Below are positions 41,741 through 52,593 of a stretch of 64,000 nucleotides of DNA, in pieces. How positions within the stretch are numbered: the stretch's first letter is position 1; each line of letters starts with the position of its first letter. Origin of the DNA: Tissierellia bacterium (GTDB taxonomy: Bacteria > Bacillota > Clostridia > Tissierellales > Peptoniphilaceae). Both the position numbers and the translations under genes were made by a program. The stretch covers positions 614-64,613 of the forward strand of contig JAUNVC010000006.1 of assembly GCA_030537875.1 (NCBI GenBank), in the 5' to 3' direction. Below the pieces are notes generated by a model. It was not told where the DNA came from and did not search any database. It saw only the letters and a program-made list of their open reading frames with translations.

Positions 41741-43507
41741 ATGGGAACAATGGGTAAGTTGCGTCGCACAATGTATTGTGGCGACATAAGAAAAGAACAT
41801 GTAGGACAAGAAGTTGTTTTAATGGGCTGGGTTCAAAGGAGTCGAAATCTTGGAAAATTGATTTTTACCGATATTCGAGATATTCGAGGCATCTGTCAAG
41901 CGGTGTTTCATGAGGATGATGCGGCTCTTTTTGCGTTAGCTAAAGATTTGAAGAATGAATATGTAGTGGCCGTTCGTGGTGTGGTACGAGAGCGCTCTAG
42001 CAAAAACACTGAAATACCAACGGGCGAGATAGAAGTGGAAGTTTCTGAGCTCATTATTCTTGACACAGCAAAAACTCCTCCAATTTATATAAAAGATGGG
42101 GATAATGTCAATGAAGAAATGCGTTTGAAGTACAGATACTTGGATTTGCGTAAACCGGAAATGCAACAAAAGTTAATCAATCGTTCCAAATTGACAAAGT
42201 GTATTCGTGATTTTTATCACGAACATAATTTTCATGAGATAGAAACACCCATGCTTGCAAAATCAACTCCTGAAGGAGCAAGAGATTACTTGGTTCCCAG
42301 TCGTTTGTATGAAGGTAAATTTTACGCTCTACCACAGAGTCCGCAGATCTTTAAACAGCTACTCATGGTTTCTGGTATGGATCGTTATTTTCAAATTACC
42401 AAATGTTTCCGCGATGAGGATCTTCGCGCCAATAGACAACCGGAGTTTACCCAGATAGACGTGGAAATGTCCTTTGTGGATGAAGACGATGTTTTATCCA
42501 TTCATGAAAAACTGGTTAAGAAATTATTTAAGGAAATGGTAAAGTATGATGTTCCACTACCTTTACATCGTATGACATATGAAGAAGCAATGGAAAGGTT
42601 TGGTGTGGATAAGCCTGACCTACGCTTTGGAATGGAACTTAAGAATTTAAATGAAATTCTCAAGGATTCTTCATTTAATGTTTTTTCTAACACAGTTGCC
42701 AATGGGAATGTAATTCGTGCCATAAATTTTGACGAAGGAGATGCACTGGTAAGTAAGAAAGGTATGAAAAAACTGGAAGAATTTGTAAAGGATTATGGTG
42801 CCAAAGGCCTTATCCACGTTAGGTATAATGAGGAAAAAGATTCCTCCATAGACAAATTCCTATCGGAAGAAGAAAAAGATCGTATTTTTTCTGCCATGGG
42901 AAGCAAAGAGGGAGATATTGTCTTTATCATTGCAGATACCTTCTCTACTACGTCTCATGCACTGGGGAATTTAAGAAACCATCTTGCCAAAATGGCAGAC
43001 GTGGTTGATCCGAATCAGTATGAAGTCCTATGGATTACAGATTTTCCCTTGTTTGAATATGATGAGGAAGAGGAGAGATATGTGGCAAAACACCACCCAT
43101 TTACATCACCAAAAATGGAAGATATTGATCTATTGGAATCTAATCCAGAAAAGGTTCGTTCCAAGGCTTATGACCTTGTCATCAATGGTGAAGAGATGGG
43201 AGGGGGCTCCATTCGAATCAACAACTCCGAATTACAGGCAAAGATGTTTAAGGCATTAGGATTTACAAAAGAAAAAGCACAGGAACAATTTGGATTTTTG
43301 ATTGAAGCTTTGAGTTATGGTACACCTCCCCATGGAGGAATTGCCTTTGGTTTAGATAGGATGGTTCAACTCTTTACCAATACTCCAAATATTCGAGATG
43401 TCATTGCATTTCCGAAAACCCAGAGTGCTATTTGCCTTATGACAGAAGCACCATCATTGGTAAGTGCAGACCAGTTAAAGGAAGTGCATTTAAAAGTTGA
43501 TAAATAA
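41741..43507 (+). CDS. aspS: Aspartate--tRNA ligase
   Basis: RLKYRYLDLR, LPQSPQ, FRDEDLRANRQPEFTQ, PPHGGIAFGLDR. Confidence 0.98.
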   Translation: MGTMGKLRRTMYCGDIRKEHVGQEVVLMGWVQRSRNLGKLIFTDIRDIRGICQAVFHEDDAALFALAKDLKNEYVVAVRGVVRERSSKNTEIPTGEIEVEVSELIILDTAKTPPIYIKDGDNVNEEMRLKYRYLDLRKPEMQQKLINRSKLTKCIRDFYHEHNFHEIETPMLAKSTPEGARDYLVPSRLYEGKFYALPQSPQIFKQLLMVSGMDRYFQITKCFRDEDLRANRQPEFTQIDVEMSFVDEDDVLSIHEKLVKKLFKEMVKYDVPLPLHRMTYEEAMERFGVDKPDLRFGMELKNLNEILKDSSFNVFSNTVANGNVIRAINFDEGDALVSKKGMKKLEEFVKDYGAKGLIHVRYNEEKDSSIDKFLSEEEKDRIFSAMGSKEGDIVFIIADTFSTTSHALGNLRNHLAKMADVVDPNQYEVLWITDFPLFEYDEEEERYVAKHHPFTSPKMEDIDLLESNPEKVRSKAYDLVINGEEMGGGSIRINNSELQAKMFKALGFTKEKAQEQFGFLIEALSYGTPPHGGIAFGLDRMVQLFTNTPNIRDVIAFPKTQSAICLMTEAPSLVSADQLKEVHLKVDK

Positions 43508-44207
43508 AGCCCATGACAGGACAATTGCACTATTAGGTAAGGAACAATTTCAAATACTACGTGAATCAAAGGTTTTGATTGTCGGAGTCGGTGGTGTCGG
43601 AGGATATGCCGTAGAAACTCTCGTTCGTGCAGGAATTGGAAAGCTGGTTCTTGTTGATTTTGATGATTTTGAAGAAAGCAATCTCAACAGACAGTTGGGA
43701 GCGCTCCAACAAAACATTGGAAAATCAAAAGTACATGGTTGGTATCAACGAATTCAAGAAATACATCCAGAAATATTGGTGGACGCTTATGTTGATAGAG
43801 TAACGTCCACCAATATAGACACGTATATAAAAGACATGGATATGATATTAGATATGTGTGATGATTTGAACGCAAAAGTAGCCATGATTCACCATGCCGC
43901 TTCCCATGGGATACCAATAATATCCGCCATGGGAGCAGGTAACAGAATTGATATATCTCACCTAAAATTCACGACTTTAGATAAAACCAGATATTGCCCA
44001 TTGGCAAAAAGACTCCGTAAATTAGTGGATTTGTCTGAACAAAAAGTGACGCCTGTCTTATACTACGACAATGAAATTTATAAAAGTGGAGATATTGTTG
44101 GTACAATCAGTTATGCTCCGGCATATATGGGGATACGTGCTGGTGCAGAGGCAATACAAATCCTTTTGAAAGGGGGATTCCATGATTCGCATCGGTTGGG
44201 TAGCTAA
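43497..44207 (+). CDS. tcdA: tRNA t6A dehydratase (ThiF family)
   Basis: GVGGVG, SNLNRQ, SAMGAG, CPLAKRLR; follows aspS. Confidence 0.88.
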   Translation: MINKAHDRTIALLGKEQFQILRESKVLIVGVGGVGGYAVETLVRAGIGKLVLVDFDDFEESNLNRQLGALQQNIGKSKVHGWYQRIQEIHPEILVDAYVDRVTSTNIDTYIKDMDMILDMCDDLNAKVAMIHHAASHGIPIISAMGAGNRIDISHLKFTTLDKTRYCPLAKRLRKLVDLSEQKVTPVLYYDNEIYKSGDIVGTISYAPAYMGIRAGAEAIQILLKGGFHDSHRLGS

Positions 44208-44613
44208 AGTCAAAGACAATCGATTAACTATTCATGTCCCTAGGGTTTCAGGGTGTGGAGGTAATTGCAATTCATGTGGCGCTTCCTGTGAGACTAGTAT
44301 TCATGTGGTTGAAACTGCAAATACATTGGGAGCAAAAGAGGGAGATTTCGTAGAACTTGCATTCTCAGAAGTACATTCACTTCGCATTAGTCTCCTAATT
44401 TACATATTGCCTTTACTCTTCTTTATAATAGGGATTGTCTTTGCTTCAAAATTTTTCGATATGAGTGAAATACAGTCCTTGGGCATAGGCTTTGTTATGC
44501 TCATCCTATCTTTTATATGTCTATACTTCGTGGATAAAAGATTAAAAAAAAGAGTACAAGATTCAATCATACTTCGTTCCATTATTCAGCGTCCATTTCA
44601 AAACAATAGTTGA
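44182..44613 (+). CDS. RseC/MucC-family membrane protein
   Basis: CGGNCNSCGASC, NTLGAKEGDFV, YILPL and two TM segments. Confidence 0.85.
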   Translation: MIRIGWVAKVKDNRLTIHVPRVSGCGGNCNSCGASCETSIHVVETANTLGAKEGDFVELAFSEVHSLRISLLIYILPLLFFIIGIVFASKFFDMSEIQSLGIGFVMLILSFICLYFVDKRLKKRVQDSIILRSIIQRPFQNNS

Positions 44614-44657
44614 TTATTTTTAATCCTATTGTTTTTTTATTGTGCTATCTTTGTCCA

Positions 44658-44686
44658 TTGCAGATAAGAATATTTCGTGATATAAT
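44658..44686 (+). promoter_or_regulatory. SigA-type promoter for glyA
   Basis: TTGCAG-N17-TATAAT with TG extension. Confidence 0.65.
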
Positions 44687-44714
44687 CGGGTTATATTAAT
44701 CAAGGAGGTACAGA

Positions 44715-45947
44715 ATGGATTTTTCAAATCTTAAGAAAAACGACCCCGAAATATATCAGGTCGTAATGGACGAAAAAGAACGTCAAGATTCACACATCGA
44801 ACTGATTGCCAGTGAAAACTTTGTTACACCGGCTGTGATGGAGGCAATGGGCTCATATTTAACCAATAAGTATGCAGAAGGCTATCCTGCCAAAAGATAT
44901 TATGGTGGATGTGAAGTAGTTGATATTGCTGAAGACTTGGCAAGAGATAGATTATGCAAACTATTTGGAGCAGAGCACGCAAACGTGCAGCCACATTCTG
45001 GAGCGAATGCCAACATGGCAGTATATTTTGCTCTACTAGAAGCTGGAGACAAGGTCATGGGGATGAACCTTTCGGAAGGTGGTCACTTAACCCACGGATC
45101 TCCAGTAAATATTAGCGGAACATATTATGATTTTGTTGCTTATGGTGTTGATTCCAAAACCGAAGTGATGAACTATGATGAAATTATGGAGATTGCAAAA
45201 AAGGAAAGACCTAAACTCATCGTCGCAGGTGCCAGCGCTTACCCAAGAACCATTGATTTCAAGAAATTCAAGGAGATTGCAGATGAAGTGGGCGCTCTAC
45301 TCATGGTAGATATGGCACACATCGCTGGACTTATAGCAGCAGGACTTCATCCCACACCAGTAGGATATGCCGATTATGTAACTACTACGACACACAAGAC
45401 CCTTAGAGGTCCCAGAGGTGGAGCTATCTTGACTTCTAAAGAAAATGCTAAGAAAATCGACAAGGCTGTTTTCCCTGGTACACAAGGTGGACCATTGATG
45501 CACGTGATTGCTGCTAAGGCTGTAGCTTTTGGAGAAGCATTAAAACCAGAATTTAAACAATACCAGCAACAAGTAATCAATAATGCTCAAGCTTTGGCCA
45601 ATGGTTTGAAAGAACATGGTTTCCGTCTGGTATCGGATGGTACAGACAATCATTTGATTCTTATCGATGTGAAAGCAAAAGGCTTTACCGGAAAAGAAGC
45701 TGAGAAAATGTTAAATGATATTGGAATTGCTGCAAACAAGAACACAATTCCCAATGAAACAGAATCTCCCTTCGTAACTTCTGGAATTCGTATTGGTACG
45801 CCGGCCATGACAACTCGTGGTTTTAAAGAAGCTGAAATGAAAGAAGTTGCAAGTATCATGAACGACACCCTTGATATTTCATATGATAGAGAAAAACTCA
45901 AAGCAAGAGTTCATGAACTCTGTGAAGGTCATAAGTTGTACGACTAA
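44715..45947 (+). CDS. glyA: Serine hydroxymethyltransferase
   Basis: [32 protein letters not shown]. Confidence 0.98.
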   Translation: MDFSNLKKNDPEIYQVVMDEKERQDSHIELIASENFVTPAVMEAMGSYLTNKYAEGYPAKRYYGGCEVVDIAEDLARDRLCKLFGAEHANVQPHSGANANMAVYFALLEAGDKVMGMNLSEGGHLTHGSPVNISGTYYDFVAYGVDSKTEVMNYDEIMEIAKKERPKLIVAGASAYPRTIDFKKFKEIADEVGALLMVDMAHIAGLIAAGLHPTPVGYADYVTTTTHKTLRGPRGGAILTSKENAKKIDKAVFPGTQGGPLMHVIAAKAVAFGEALKPEFKQYQQQVINNAQALANGLKEHGFRLVSDGTDNHLILIDVKAKGFTGKEAEKMLNDIGIAANKNTIPNETESPFVTSGIRIGTPAMTTRGFKEAEMKEVASIMNDTLDISYDREKLKARVHELCEGHKLYD

Positions 45948-45950
45948 GAT

Positions 45951-45979
45951 AAAAGGATGTGATTATCACATCCTTTTTT
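45951..45979 (+). terminator. Terminator after glyA
   Basis: AAAAGGATGTGA-TTA-TCACATCCTTTTTT. Confidence 0.85.
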
Positions 45980-46090
45980 GATGCATAAATGTGATATCTA
46001 CACTAACTTAGAGTATAGTTTTATTAATTCAGTGAATCTTAGTTGTCTCAGTTTTAATGTCGAAGCTTTTCCTTTGTTGTATTATAAGCT

Positions 46091-46120
46091 TTGAAAAAAG
46101 GTGTGGATGTATGCTATAAT
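46091..46120 (+). promoter_or_regulatory. Promoter for the der operon
   Basis: TTGAAA-N18-TATAAT with TG extension. Confidence 0.6.
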
Positions 46121-46140
46121 CATAAGAAGAGGTAATTGTA

Positions 46141-47457
46141 ATGAGAAATGAAATTGTGACCATTGTAGGTCGTCCAAATGTGGGAAAGTCCACCTTATTT
46201 AATAAAATAGCCAAATCGAGAATGTCTATTACGGAGGATACCCCAGGGGTTACGAGAGATAGACTGTATACGAAAGCTGAATGGCTTGGTAGGCCATTTC
46301 TTTTGGTAGACACCGGTGGATTGGATCCCAAAAGCGATGATGAATTTATGCCAGAAATCATTGAACAAGCGGAAACGGCCATTGAAAGCAGTTGTGCCGT
46401 TATATTTATTGTCGATGGCAAAGAAGGGGTTTCTCCTGTGGATAGAACATTGGCATCCATGTTGCGAAAAATGAATACCAACATTGTACTTGCCATTAAT
46501 AAGATGGATAGTAAAGACGCAAAAGATAACTATTATGATTTTTATGAGCTGGGGATTGCAGATATGATATCAATTTCTGCGGAGCATGGTCAAGGAATTG
46601 GAGATTTACTGGATATGGTCTTTCAATATTTTCCTGAGCCAATGGAAAATGATGAGCAAGATGAGGACATAAAAGTTGCCTTTATTGGAAAGCCCAATGT
46701 TGGAAAGAGTTCCATGCTAAACTATATATTGGGAGAAAAAAGAGCCATAGTAACCAATATTCCAGGTACGACAAGGGATTCCATCGATACCTACGCAACC
46801 ATCCGAGATCGTTCGTTTCGATTGATCGACACAGCGGGATTAAGAAAAAAAGGTAAGATTACGGATAAAGTTGAACGATATTCTGTCCTTCGGACTTTAT
46901 CTGCTGTGGATGAATGTGACATAGCAATCTTATTTGTTGATGCGACAGAAGGGATTACAGAGCAAGATACCAAAGTGATGGGATATGCTTTTGAAAGTGG
47001 AAAAGGTCTTTTAATTGCTATCAATAAATGGGATTTGATTGAGAAAGAAACAAATACACAGAATGAGTATGTTAAAGACATACGAACAAAGCTTGGATAT
47101 GTTGGTTTTGCACCGATTGTATTTGTATCGGCAAAAACTGGCCAAAGAGTGGACAAACTCATTGATAAAATCTTGGAAGTATATGATAACTACTATTTTC
47201 GTATTTCAACAGGCGTGTTAAATGAAGTTATTTCCGAAGCAATTCTATTAAATACGACTCCTCAAGATAAGGGAAGACGACTTAAAATTTATTATGCCAC
47301 ACAGGTCGGAGTAGCACCGCCTACGTTTAATTTCTATGTCAATGATACTAAATTAACTCATTTTTCCTACACTCGATATTTAGAAAACACCTTAAGAAAA
47401 GCCTTTGGATTTGAAGGAGTTCCAATTATTTTAAATTATAGAAATCGAGGAGAGTAA
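46141..47457 (+). CDS. der: Ribosome biogenesis GTPase Der/EngA
   Basis: Two G domains (GRPNVGKS, GKPNVGKS), DTGG/DTAG, KH-like C-terminus. Confidence 0.98.
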   Translation: MRNEIVTIVGRPNVGKSTLFNKIAKSRMSITEDTPGVTRDRLYTKAEWLGRPFLLVDTGGLDPKSDDEFMPEIIEQAETAIESSCAVIFIVDGKEGVSPVDRTLASMLRKMNTNIVLAINKMDSKDAKDNYYDFYELGIADMISISAEHGQGIGDLLDMVFQYFPEPMENDEQDEDIKVAFIGKPNVGKSSMLNYILGEKRAIVTNIPGTTRDSIDTYATIRDRSFRLIDTAGLRKKGKITDKVERYSVLRTLSAVDECDIAILFVDATEGITEQDTKVMGYAFESGKGLLIAINKWDLIEKETNTQNEYVKDIRTKLGYVGFAPIVFVSAKTGQRVDKLIDKILEVYDNYYFRISTGVLNEVISEAILLNTTPQDKGRRLKIYYATQVGVAPPTFNFYVNDTKLTHFSYTRYLENTLRKAFGFEGVPIILNYRNRGE

Positions 47458-48038
47458 TGTACTATATTTTTTCATATCTCTTAGGATCTGTCAGTTTTTC
47501 ATACATTCTTGTAAAAGTATTAAAGGGTGTAGATATAAGAGAACAGGGTAGTAAAAACGCAGGTGGCACCAACGTACTAAGAAATCATGGTTGGCCCATC
47601 GCTCTGGTGGTGGGAATCCTTGATGTTTTAAAGGGTACCCTAGCAACCTACATTGGATTTAAAATGGGAATGGACAAAGCCCTTTTGGGTTTGGTCTGTG
47701 TTGTTTTGGGGCATAATTTCCCCATCTATTTTGGATTCAAAGGGGGAAAGGGAATTGCCACATCCTTTGGAGGTCTTATCTTTCTGTTTCCGATGTGGAC
47801 AGCCATCGTTGCTGGGATTTGTATTTTGATAGTCTATTTAACAAAATACGTATCTTTAGGAAGTATTGTTTTCATGACGGTCTTACCGATTCTTTTGATA
47901 TCAATAAAGGATCTATCTGTTTTAAATAAAATTTGTATTGGAGGTTTGGGTATCCTTGCCATCATACGTCATAGATCCAACATACAAAGACTCATTCATG
48001 GAGAAGAGAACAAAATATCATCTGGGGGTAAGAAATAA
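47457..48038 (+). CDS. plsY: Glycerol-3-phosphate acyltransferase
   Basis: GSKNAGGTNVLR, GHNFP, FKGGKGIAT, RHRSNI. Confidence 0.96.
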   Translation: MYYIFSYLLGSVSFSYILVKVLKGVDIREQGSKNAGGTNVLRNHGWPIALVVGILDVLKGTLATYIGFKMGMDKALLGLVCVVLGHNFPIYFGFKGGKGIATSFGGLIFLFPMWTAIVAGICILIVYLTKYVSLGSIVFMTVLPILLISIKDLSVLNKICIGGLGILAIIRHRSNIQRLIHGEENKISSGGKK

Positions 48039-49045
48039 TGAATATATCTGTAGTAGGTGGCGGAAGTTGGGGGATATCCTTAGCCAATGTACTTGTAGAC
48101 AATGGGCACAACGTAACCATGTATTTGCGGGATAAAGAACAATGTGAATATATTCAAAAAGAGGGACATAGCCCAAAATATCTTAAAGACTTTGTATTTC
48201 CCCAAACATTACAATTGAAAACATCTTTAGAAGACGCCATCGTGAATGCTGAGATGATATTGATGGTGGTACCACTACAGCAGTTGCAGGATGTTCTTCA
48301 GAAAATGACTCCCTTTGTGACGAAAAAGATGATTTTGGTCAATGCTTCCAAGGGAATACATTTTAAAACATTAAAAACGGCTTCAGAACTTGTAGAGGAT
48401 ATACTTCCTGGACAGCCATATGCTGTTTTAAGTGGACCTTCCCACGCTGAGGAAGTTTCAAAACGACTGCTAACCTCTGTTGTGAGTTGTAGCAGCGATG
48501 TTGAAATTGCAAAAGTGGTACAAGATGCATTTATGAATGACTATTTTAGAGTCTATGTTCATACAGATGTAAGAGGCGTGGAAATAGCCGGTGCATTAAA
48601 AAACGTGGTAGCGATCGCATCTGGTCTTTTGAGTGGCCTTGAGCAGGGGGATAATGCAAGAGCAGCTCTCATATCGAGAGGTTTATTTGAAATATTTAAA
48701 TTGGCCAAGAAAATGGGATGTGATATGCAAACTTTCATGGGGTTGGCTGGAGTAGGAGACTTGATTGTCACGGCTACGTCCGTTCATTCCCGAAATTACA
48801 GAGCCGGTATTTTACTTGGAAAAGGATGTTCTGTAGAAGAATTGGAAAAAGAAATAGGGATGGTTGTAGAAGGCATCATGACAACCCAATCTGCGCATAC
48901 ATTGGCAAAGATGCATGGTGTAGAAATGCCTATTACCAATGCTTTGTATGCCGTATTATTTGAAGGGAAAAACCCTGAAAAGGCAGTGATGGAATTGATG
49001 AAGAGAAGCAAGAAACATGAATTTTTAGAAAAGATGGAACTTTAA
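48038..49045 (+). CDS. gpsA: NAD(P)H-dependent glycerol-3-phosphate dehydrogenase
   Basis: GGGSWG, SGPSHAEEV, GALKNV, GDLIVT..SRN. Confidence 0.96.
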   Translation: MNISVVGGGSWGISLANVLVDNGHNVTMYLRDKEQCEYIQKEGHSPKYLKDFVFPQTLQLKTSLEDAIVNAEMILMVVPLQQLQDVLQKMTPFVTKKMILVNASKGIHFKTLKTASELVEDILPGQPYAVLSGPSHAEEVSKRLLTSVVSCSSDVEIAKVVQDAFMNDYFRVYVHTDVRGVEIAGALKNVVAIASGLLSGLEQGDNARAALISRGLFEIFKLAKKMGCDMQTFMGLAGVGDLIVTATSVHSRNYRAGILLGKGCSVEELEKEIGMVVEGIMTTQSAHTLAKMHGVEMPITNALYAVLFEGKNPEKAVMELMKRSKKHEFLEKMEL

Positions 49046-49046
49046 A

Positions 49047-50225
49047 ATGAAAAAAGACACATCATCTTCCATCAGTCCGATTTTTTTAATCATCATTGCA
49101 TTCATATATGCTCTATTTCTATTTATATATGTTCGTCCGATGCTTCAAGCTCACTCAAAGGAATTGGTGTTACCAGAAGACACGGTGTATTATGATTCCA
49201 TTGAGGTGAATACCATATTTTTAAAAAATGAAATCCTTTTTGGATCAGAACAAGTGACAGAACATAAACTTGCTTACGATGAGGGGAGTCGTTTGCCTTT
49301 TGGTGTAATTCGTGCAGGCAAGACTCCTAGTAAAGATTACCAAGAATTACAAAGAGACCTTTCAAAAACGTTGGATCGCATTTCAATTTTACAGCAAGAA
49401 ATCAGTGATATTGAAGTTCTTTTAAGAGAAAGTATTTTGCAAAAAAAATATATGGATGTGGAGTCTTTGGTAAAAAACTTTGATTATCTTTATGTTGATC
49501 ATTCGGGTGAAGATTCCATAGCTGCTTTAAAGAACAAAGAAAAGACCATACGGGAACAACTTTTCCGCATGAATGAAAGTATTGGTTGGAATCCACCTGG
49601 TTTGATAAGCTATGTAACTGATGGATTTGAAGCCTATTCAACATCCGCCTTTCAGGATATGAGTTCTCTAGAATTTGATTCCTTATGGGAAAAGGAATCT
49701 TCTCATAGTATCCAAGGGTATTTTAAGATTGTCGATAATTTTTACGGTGTTTTTGTATTTAAAGTATCTGACGTGAAACAATTTGAACCTTACATGAATC
49801 AGATTGTAAATATTCGATTGGAGGGAAAGGATAAATTTTATAAAGGCAGATTGAGTTGGAATAACAACGGGGAGGATGGGAAAGTTGCTGGAATTCATGT
49901 CAATTCCTACATTGAAGATTTATATCCTATTCGTAAAGCCACCATGGAAATAATTTTCAGAGAGCAACCAGCTTTGAAGATACCAACCACCAGCATTATT
50001 CAATACAATGGGATCTCGGGAGTTTGTGTAAAGGATATAAATGGGATTGTTCAATTTCGTCCTGTTGAGATCTTAAAGAGTGATAAGGATGTGTCTTATG
50101 TTGCTAAAGGAAATAGTAGTCATATGATAGAAAATGGCGAGACTAAAACTCGAACGTTGGCTTTTTATGAAGAGATATTAAAATTTCCTCAACTGGATAA
50201 AATAGGGAAGATATACAGGAGATAA
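49047..50225 (+). CDS. Membrane-anchored HlyD/membrane-fusion-like protein
   Basis: N-terminal TM, coiled coil, GLISY.TDGFE, FKIVDN, LKIP..SI; occupies the usual clostridial position upstream of yggS. Confidence 0.7.
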   Translation: MKKDTSSSISPIFLIIIAFIYALFLFIYVRPMLQAHSKELVLPEDTVYYDSIEVNTIFLKNEILFGSEQVTEHKLAYDEGSRLPFGVIRAGKTPSKDYQELQRDLSKTLDRISILQQEISDIEVLLRESILQKKYMDVESLVKNFDYLYVDHSGEDSIAALKNKEKTIREQLFRMNESIGWNPPGLISYVTDGFEAYSTSAFQDMSSLEFDSLWEKESSHSIQGYFKIVDNFYGVFVFKVSDVKQFEPYMNQIVNIRLEGKDKFYKGRLSWNNNGEDGKVAGIHVNSYIEDLYPIRKATMEIIFREQPALKIPTTSIIQYNGISGVCVKDINGIVQFRPVEILKSDKDVSYVAKGNSSHMIENGETKTRTLAFYEEILKFPQLDKIGKIYRR

Positions 50226-50226
50226 T

Positions 50227-50919
50227 ATGAGTATTCAAGAGAATTTAAACCATGTATGGGAAAATATTGAACAAAGTGCAGCGAAAAGTGGAAGAACCAA
50301 AGAGGACATTACTTTAATTGCTGTTACCAAAACCATTTCTATGAATCGCATTTTAGAAGCAACAAAATTGGGTATTAAAGACATAGGGGAGAATCGTCCG
50401 CAAGAAATCCAAGAGAAGATTGATTTTATTCCCGAAAATATTCATCTTCATATGATTGGACAATTGCAAACAAATAAAGTAAAATATATCATAGGCGGAT
50501 GTAGTTTAATTCATTCTTTAGATCGACTGAGTCTTCTTAGAGAAATAGATAAACGTGGGAAGAGTATGGATAAGAAGATACATACACTGATTCAAATAAA
50601 TCACACCACCGATGAAAACAGAGGTGGGATTCCATTATCTGGTCTAGAAGATTTTCTCGGATGTTTATCAGAGTATCCAAATGTATTTGTGGATGGTTTG
50701 ATGTGTGTCGCCTCATTAACAGAGGATGAGACAAAGTTAAGAACAGAATTTTCATCTATGAGAAAAGCCTTGGAAGATTTAAAAAAATATGAAACAGACA
50801 ATTTTCGCCCCACTATTCTTTCCATGGGTATGAGCCATGACTATAAGATTGCCATTGAAGAAGGAGCAACTCACGTGAGAATAGGAAGTGCCATTTTTGG
50901 CGATAGAACAAGGAGGTAA
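50227..50919 (+). CDS. yggS: PLP homeostasis protein YggS/YlmE
   Basis: LIAVTK, GEN, HMIGQLQTNKVK, LSMGMS.D, VRIGSAIFG. Confidence 0.96.
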   Translation: MSIQENLNHVWENIEQSAAKSGRTKEDITLIAVTKTISMNRILEATKLGIKDIGENRPQEIQEKIDFIPENIHLHMIGQLQTNKVKYIIGGCSLIHSLDRLSLLREIDKRGKSMDKKIHTLIQINHTTDENRGGIPLSGLEDFLGCLSEYPNVFVDGLMCVASLTEDETKLRTEFSSMRKALEDLKKYETDNFRPTILSMGMSHDYKIAIEEGATHVRIGSAIFGDRTRR

Positions 50920-50921
50920 TT

Positions 50922-51371
50922 ATGAGCTTTTTGGACAAAATGAAAAATTTAATCATTGCTCCCGACGAAGAAGAGGAGTATGAAAGAGAAGAGATGGATG
51001 AGATTTCCGAGGTAACAGAGGTAGAAAAACCTCGAAGATCATACACCACTTCTAAATATGCAGAACCAAAGGTTCATGCCATCCCGAGAACCACATCTTC
51101 CTTTAAAATTCAAATCCAAGACCCTTTGAAATATGATGATGCTCCTAAGATTATCGACCATTTGATTCGTAATGATGCGGTGGTTGTGAATTTTGAGCAC
51201 CTAGAGCCTGAATTAAAGCGTCAAGTTTTTGATTTTATCAATGGCGGAATTTATGCTGTTCAAGGTAAGATTCAAAAGGTAACCAAGGATATCTTTATTC
51301 TAGCTCCACGGGATGTTGCTGTGGAAGGAATCAAAGAAGAGCTTATGGAAAGTGGCCTATATACTTGGTAG
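50922..51371 (+). CDS. sepF: Cell division protein SepF
   Basis: MSFLDKMK amphipathic helix, VVVN, FDFINGGIYA, IFILAP. Confidence 0.93.
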   Translation: MSFLDKMKNLIIAPDEEEEYEREEMDEISEVTEVEKPRRSYTTSKYAEPKVHAIPRTTSSFKIQIQDPLKYDDAPKIIDHLIRNDAVVVNFEHLEPELKRQVFDFINGGIYAVQGKIQKVTKDIFILAPRDVAVEGIKEELMESGLYTW

Positions 51372-52147
51372 TAGACAATCTATCTTTTTTGAAAACACAG
51401 GAGGAACGGATTGCCTATAGAAGTATTTGGGAGAAAGCTGAGAGGGCTGATACGACCTTTACTTTTGTTGCTACGGATTTTTTAGACCCGTTTCTTCAAG
51501 CGCTTGCCGATAGTGTGAGGAATTCATTTCCAAACCTGCGGCTTTCTTTTTTGGGAGGATATCCGGAAGCCGAAAGGAAAAGAGCTGTCTTCTATCCCGA
51601 CTTTTTGGAATTGGAGGATGAGAGGGAGTTTATTTCTGTCCTAGCCTTTGATAATAAGGAGTTTTCCATCGGCCATAGAGATGTTTTGGGGAAGACCTTA
51701 TCCTTGGGATTGGATCGAAAAGTGATAGGAGATATTCTCATTGATGACAAGGTTATTTTAATCGTATCTGCCTCTGTGTCTAATTTCTTATTATCTGAAT
51801 TAAGAGATATTAAGCGCCATAAAATCCAGCTCTATGAATATACTGAGAACCTTCAGATTTCAGAGGATGAGCAATGGATAGCGGAAGATATCATAACACC
51901 AGCCTTGAGAATAGATACGGTTATAGCAAAATTGTTTAGATTGTCACGTTCTGATGCACAAAGGGTCATTCGACAAGGAAAGCTCAAAATTAATCATAGA
52001 GAAGAAACGAAGACCCATGCTACTATTCAAGAAGGTGATCTTATCAGTCTTCGGGGATATGGTAGGGTGAGGTGTATAGAGCAGGCAGGTAAAACGCAAA
52101 GAGGTAACTTTCGTTTAATATTTAAAAAACAAATGGAGAAGAGATGA
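51365..52147 (+). CDS. ylmH: YlmH-like S4 RNA-binding protein
   Basis: TDFLDP, GGYPEAERKR, HRDVLG, GDLISLRGYGR. Confidence 0.92.
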   Translation: MVVDNLSFLKTQEERIAYRSIWEKAERADTTFTFVATDFLDPFLQALADSVRNSFPNLRLSFLGGYPEAERKRAVFYPDFLELEDEREFISVLAFDNKEFSIGHRDVLGKTLSLGLDRKVIGDILIDDKVILIVSASVSNFLLSELRDIKRHKIQLYEYTENLQISEDEQWIAEDIITPALRIDTVIAKLFRLSRSDAQRVIRQGKLKINHREETKTHATIQEGDLISLRGYGRVRCIEQAGKTQRGNFRLIFKKQMEKR

Positions 52148-52593
52148 TTTTTTTACTCGTTCCTTTATTTATCATTCTAGATCAAGTATCCAAGATACTT
52201 ATAAGTAAATATCTAAAGTATGGATCAAAAGCAATTTTTGGAGATTGGTTCCATCTTACTTATGTAGAAAATCCTGGAGCAGCTTTTGGAATGCTTGCTG
52301 GACGTCAGACTTTTTTCATCGTGCTAACAGTGGCTGTGGTTCTTTTCTTTTCTTTTTTCCTTTACAAGGAATATGGCCAGCTCAATGGTGTAGAAAAATG
52401 GGCTGCGGTTTGCTTTTTGTCAGGAGCAATAGGAAATTTAATTGATAGAATTATCTATGGCTATGTAATCGATTTTATTGATATTACCTTCTTTGGTACG
52501 TATCATTTTCCGGTGTTTAACGTCGCTGATATACTAATCTCAATGGGAGCGTTTTTCTTTCTCATTTCTGTATTTTATAGGTCAAAAGCATGA
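52144..52593 (+). CDS. lspA: Lipoprotein signal peptidase II
   Basis: DQVSK, NPGAAFG, GNLIDR, VIDFI, FNVAD. Confidence 0.96.
   Translation: MIFLLVPLFIILDQVSKILISKYLKYGSKAIFGDWFHLTYVENPGAAFGMLAGRQTFFIVLTVAVVLFFSFFLYKEYGQLNGVEKWAAVCFLSGAIGNLIDRIIYGYVIDFIDITFFGTYHFPVFNVADILISMGAFFFLISVFYRSKA

Noticed and set aside
45980-46090. CRP-like site AAATGTGA and a possible minus-strand sRNA between glyA and der
   Set aside because: Only a half-site is present, there is no -35 for the minus-strand TATAAT, and no clear structure.
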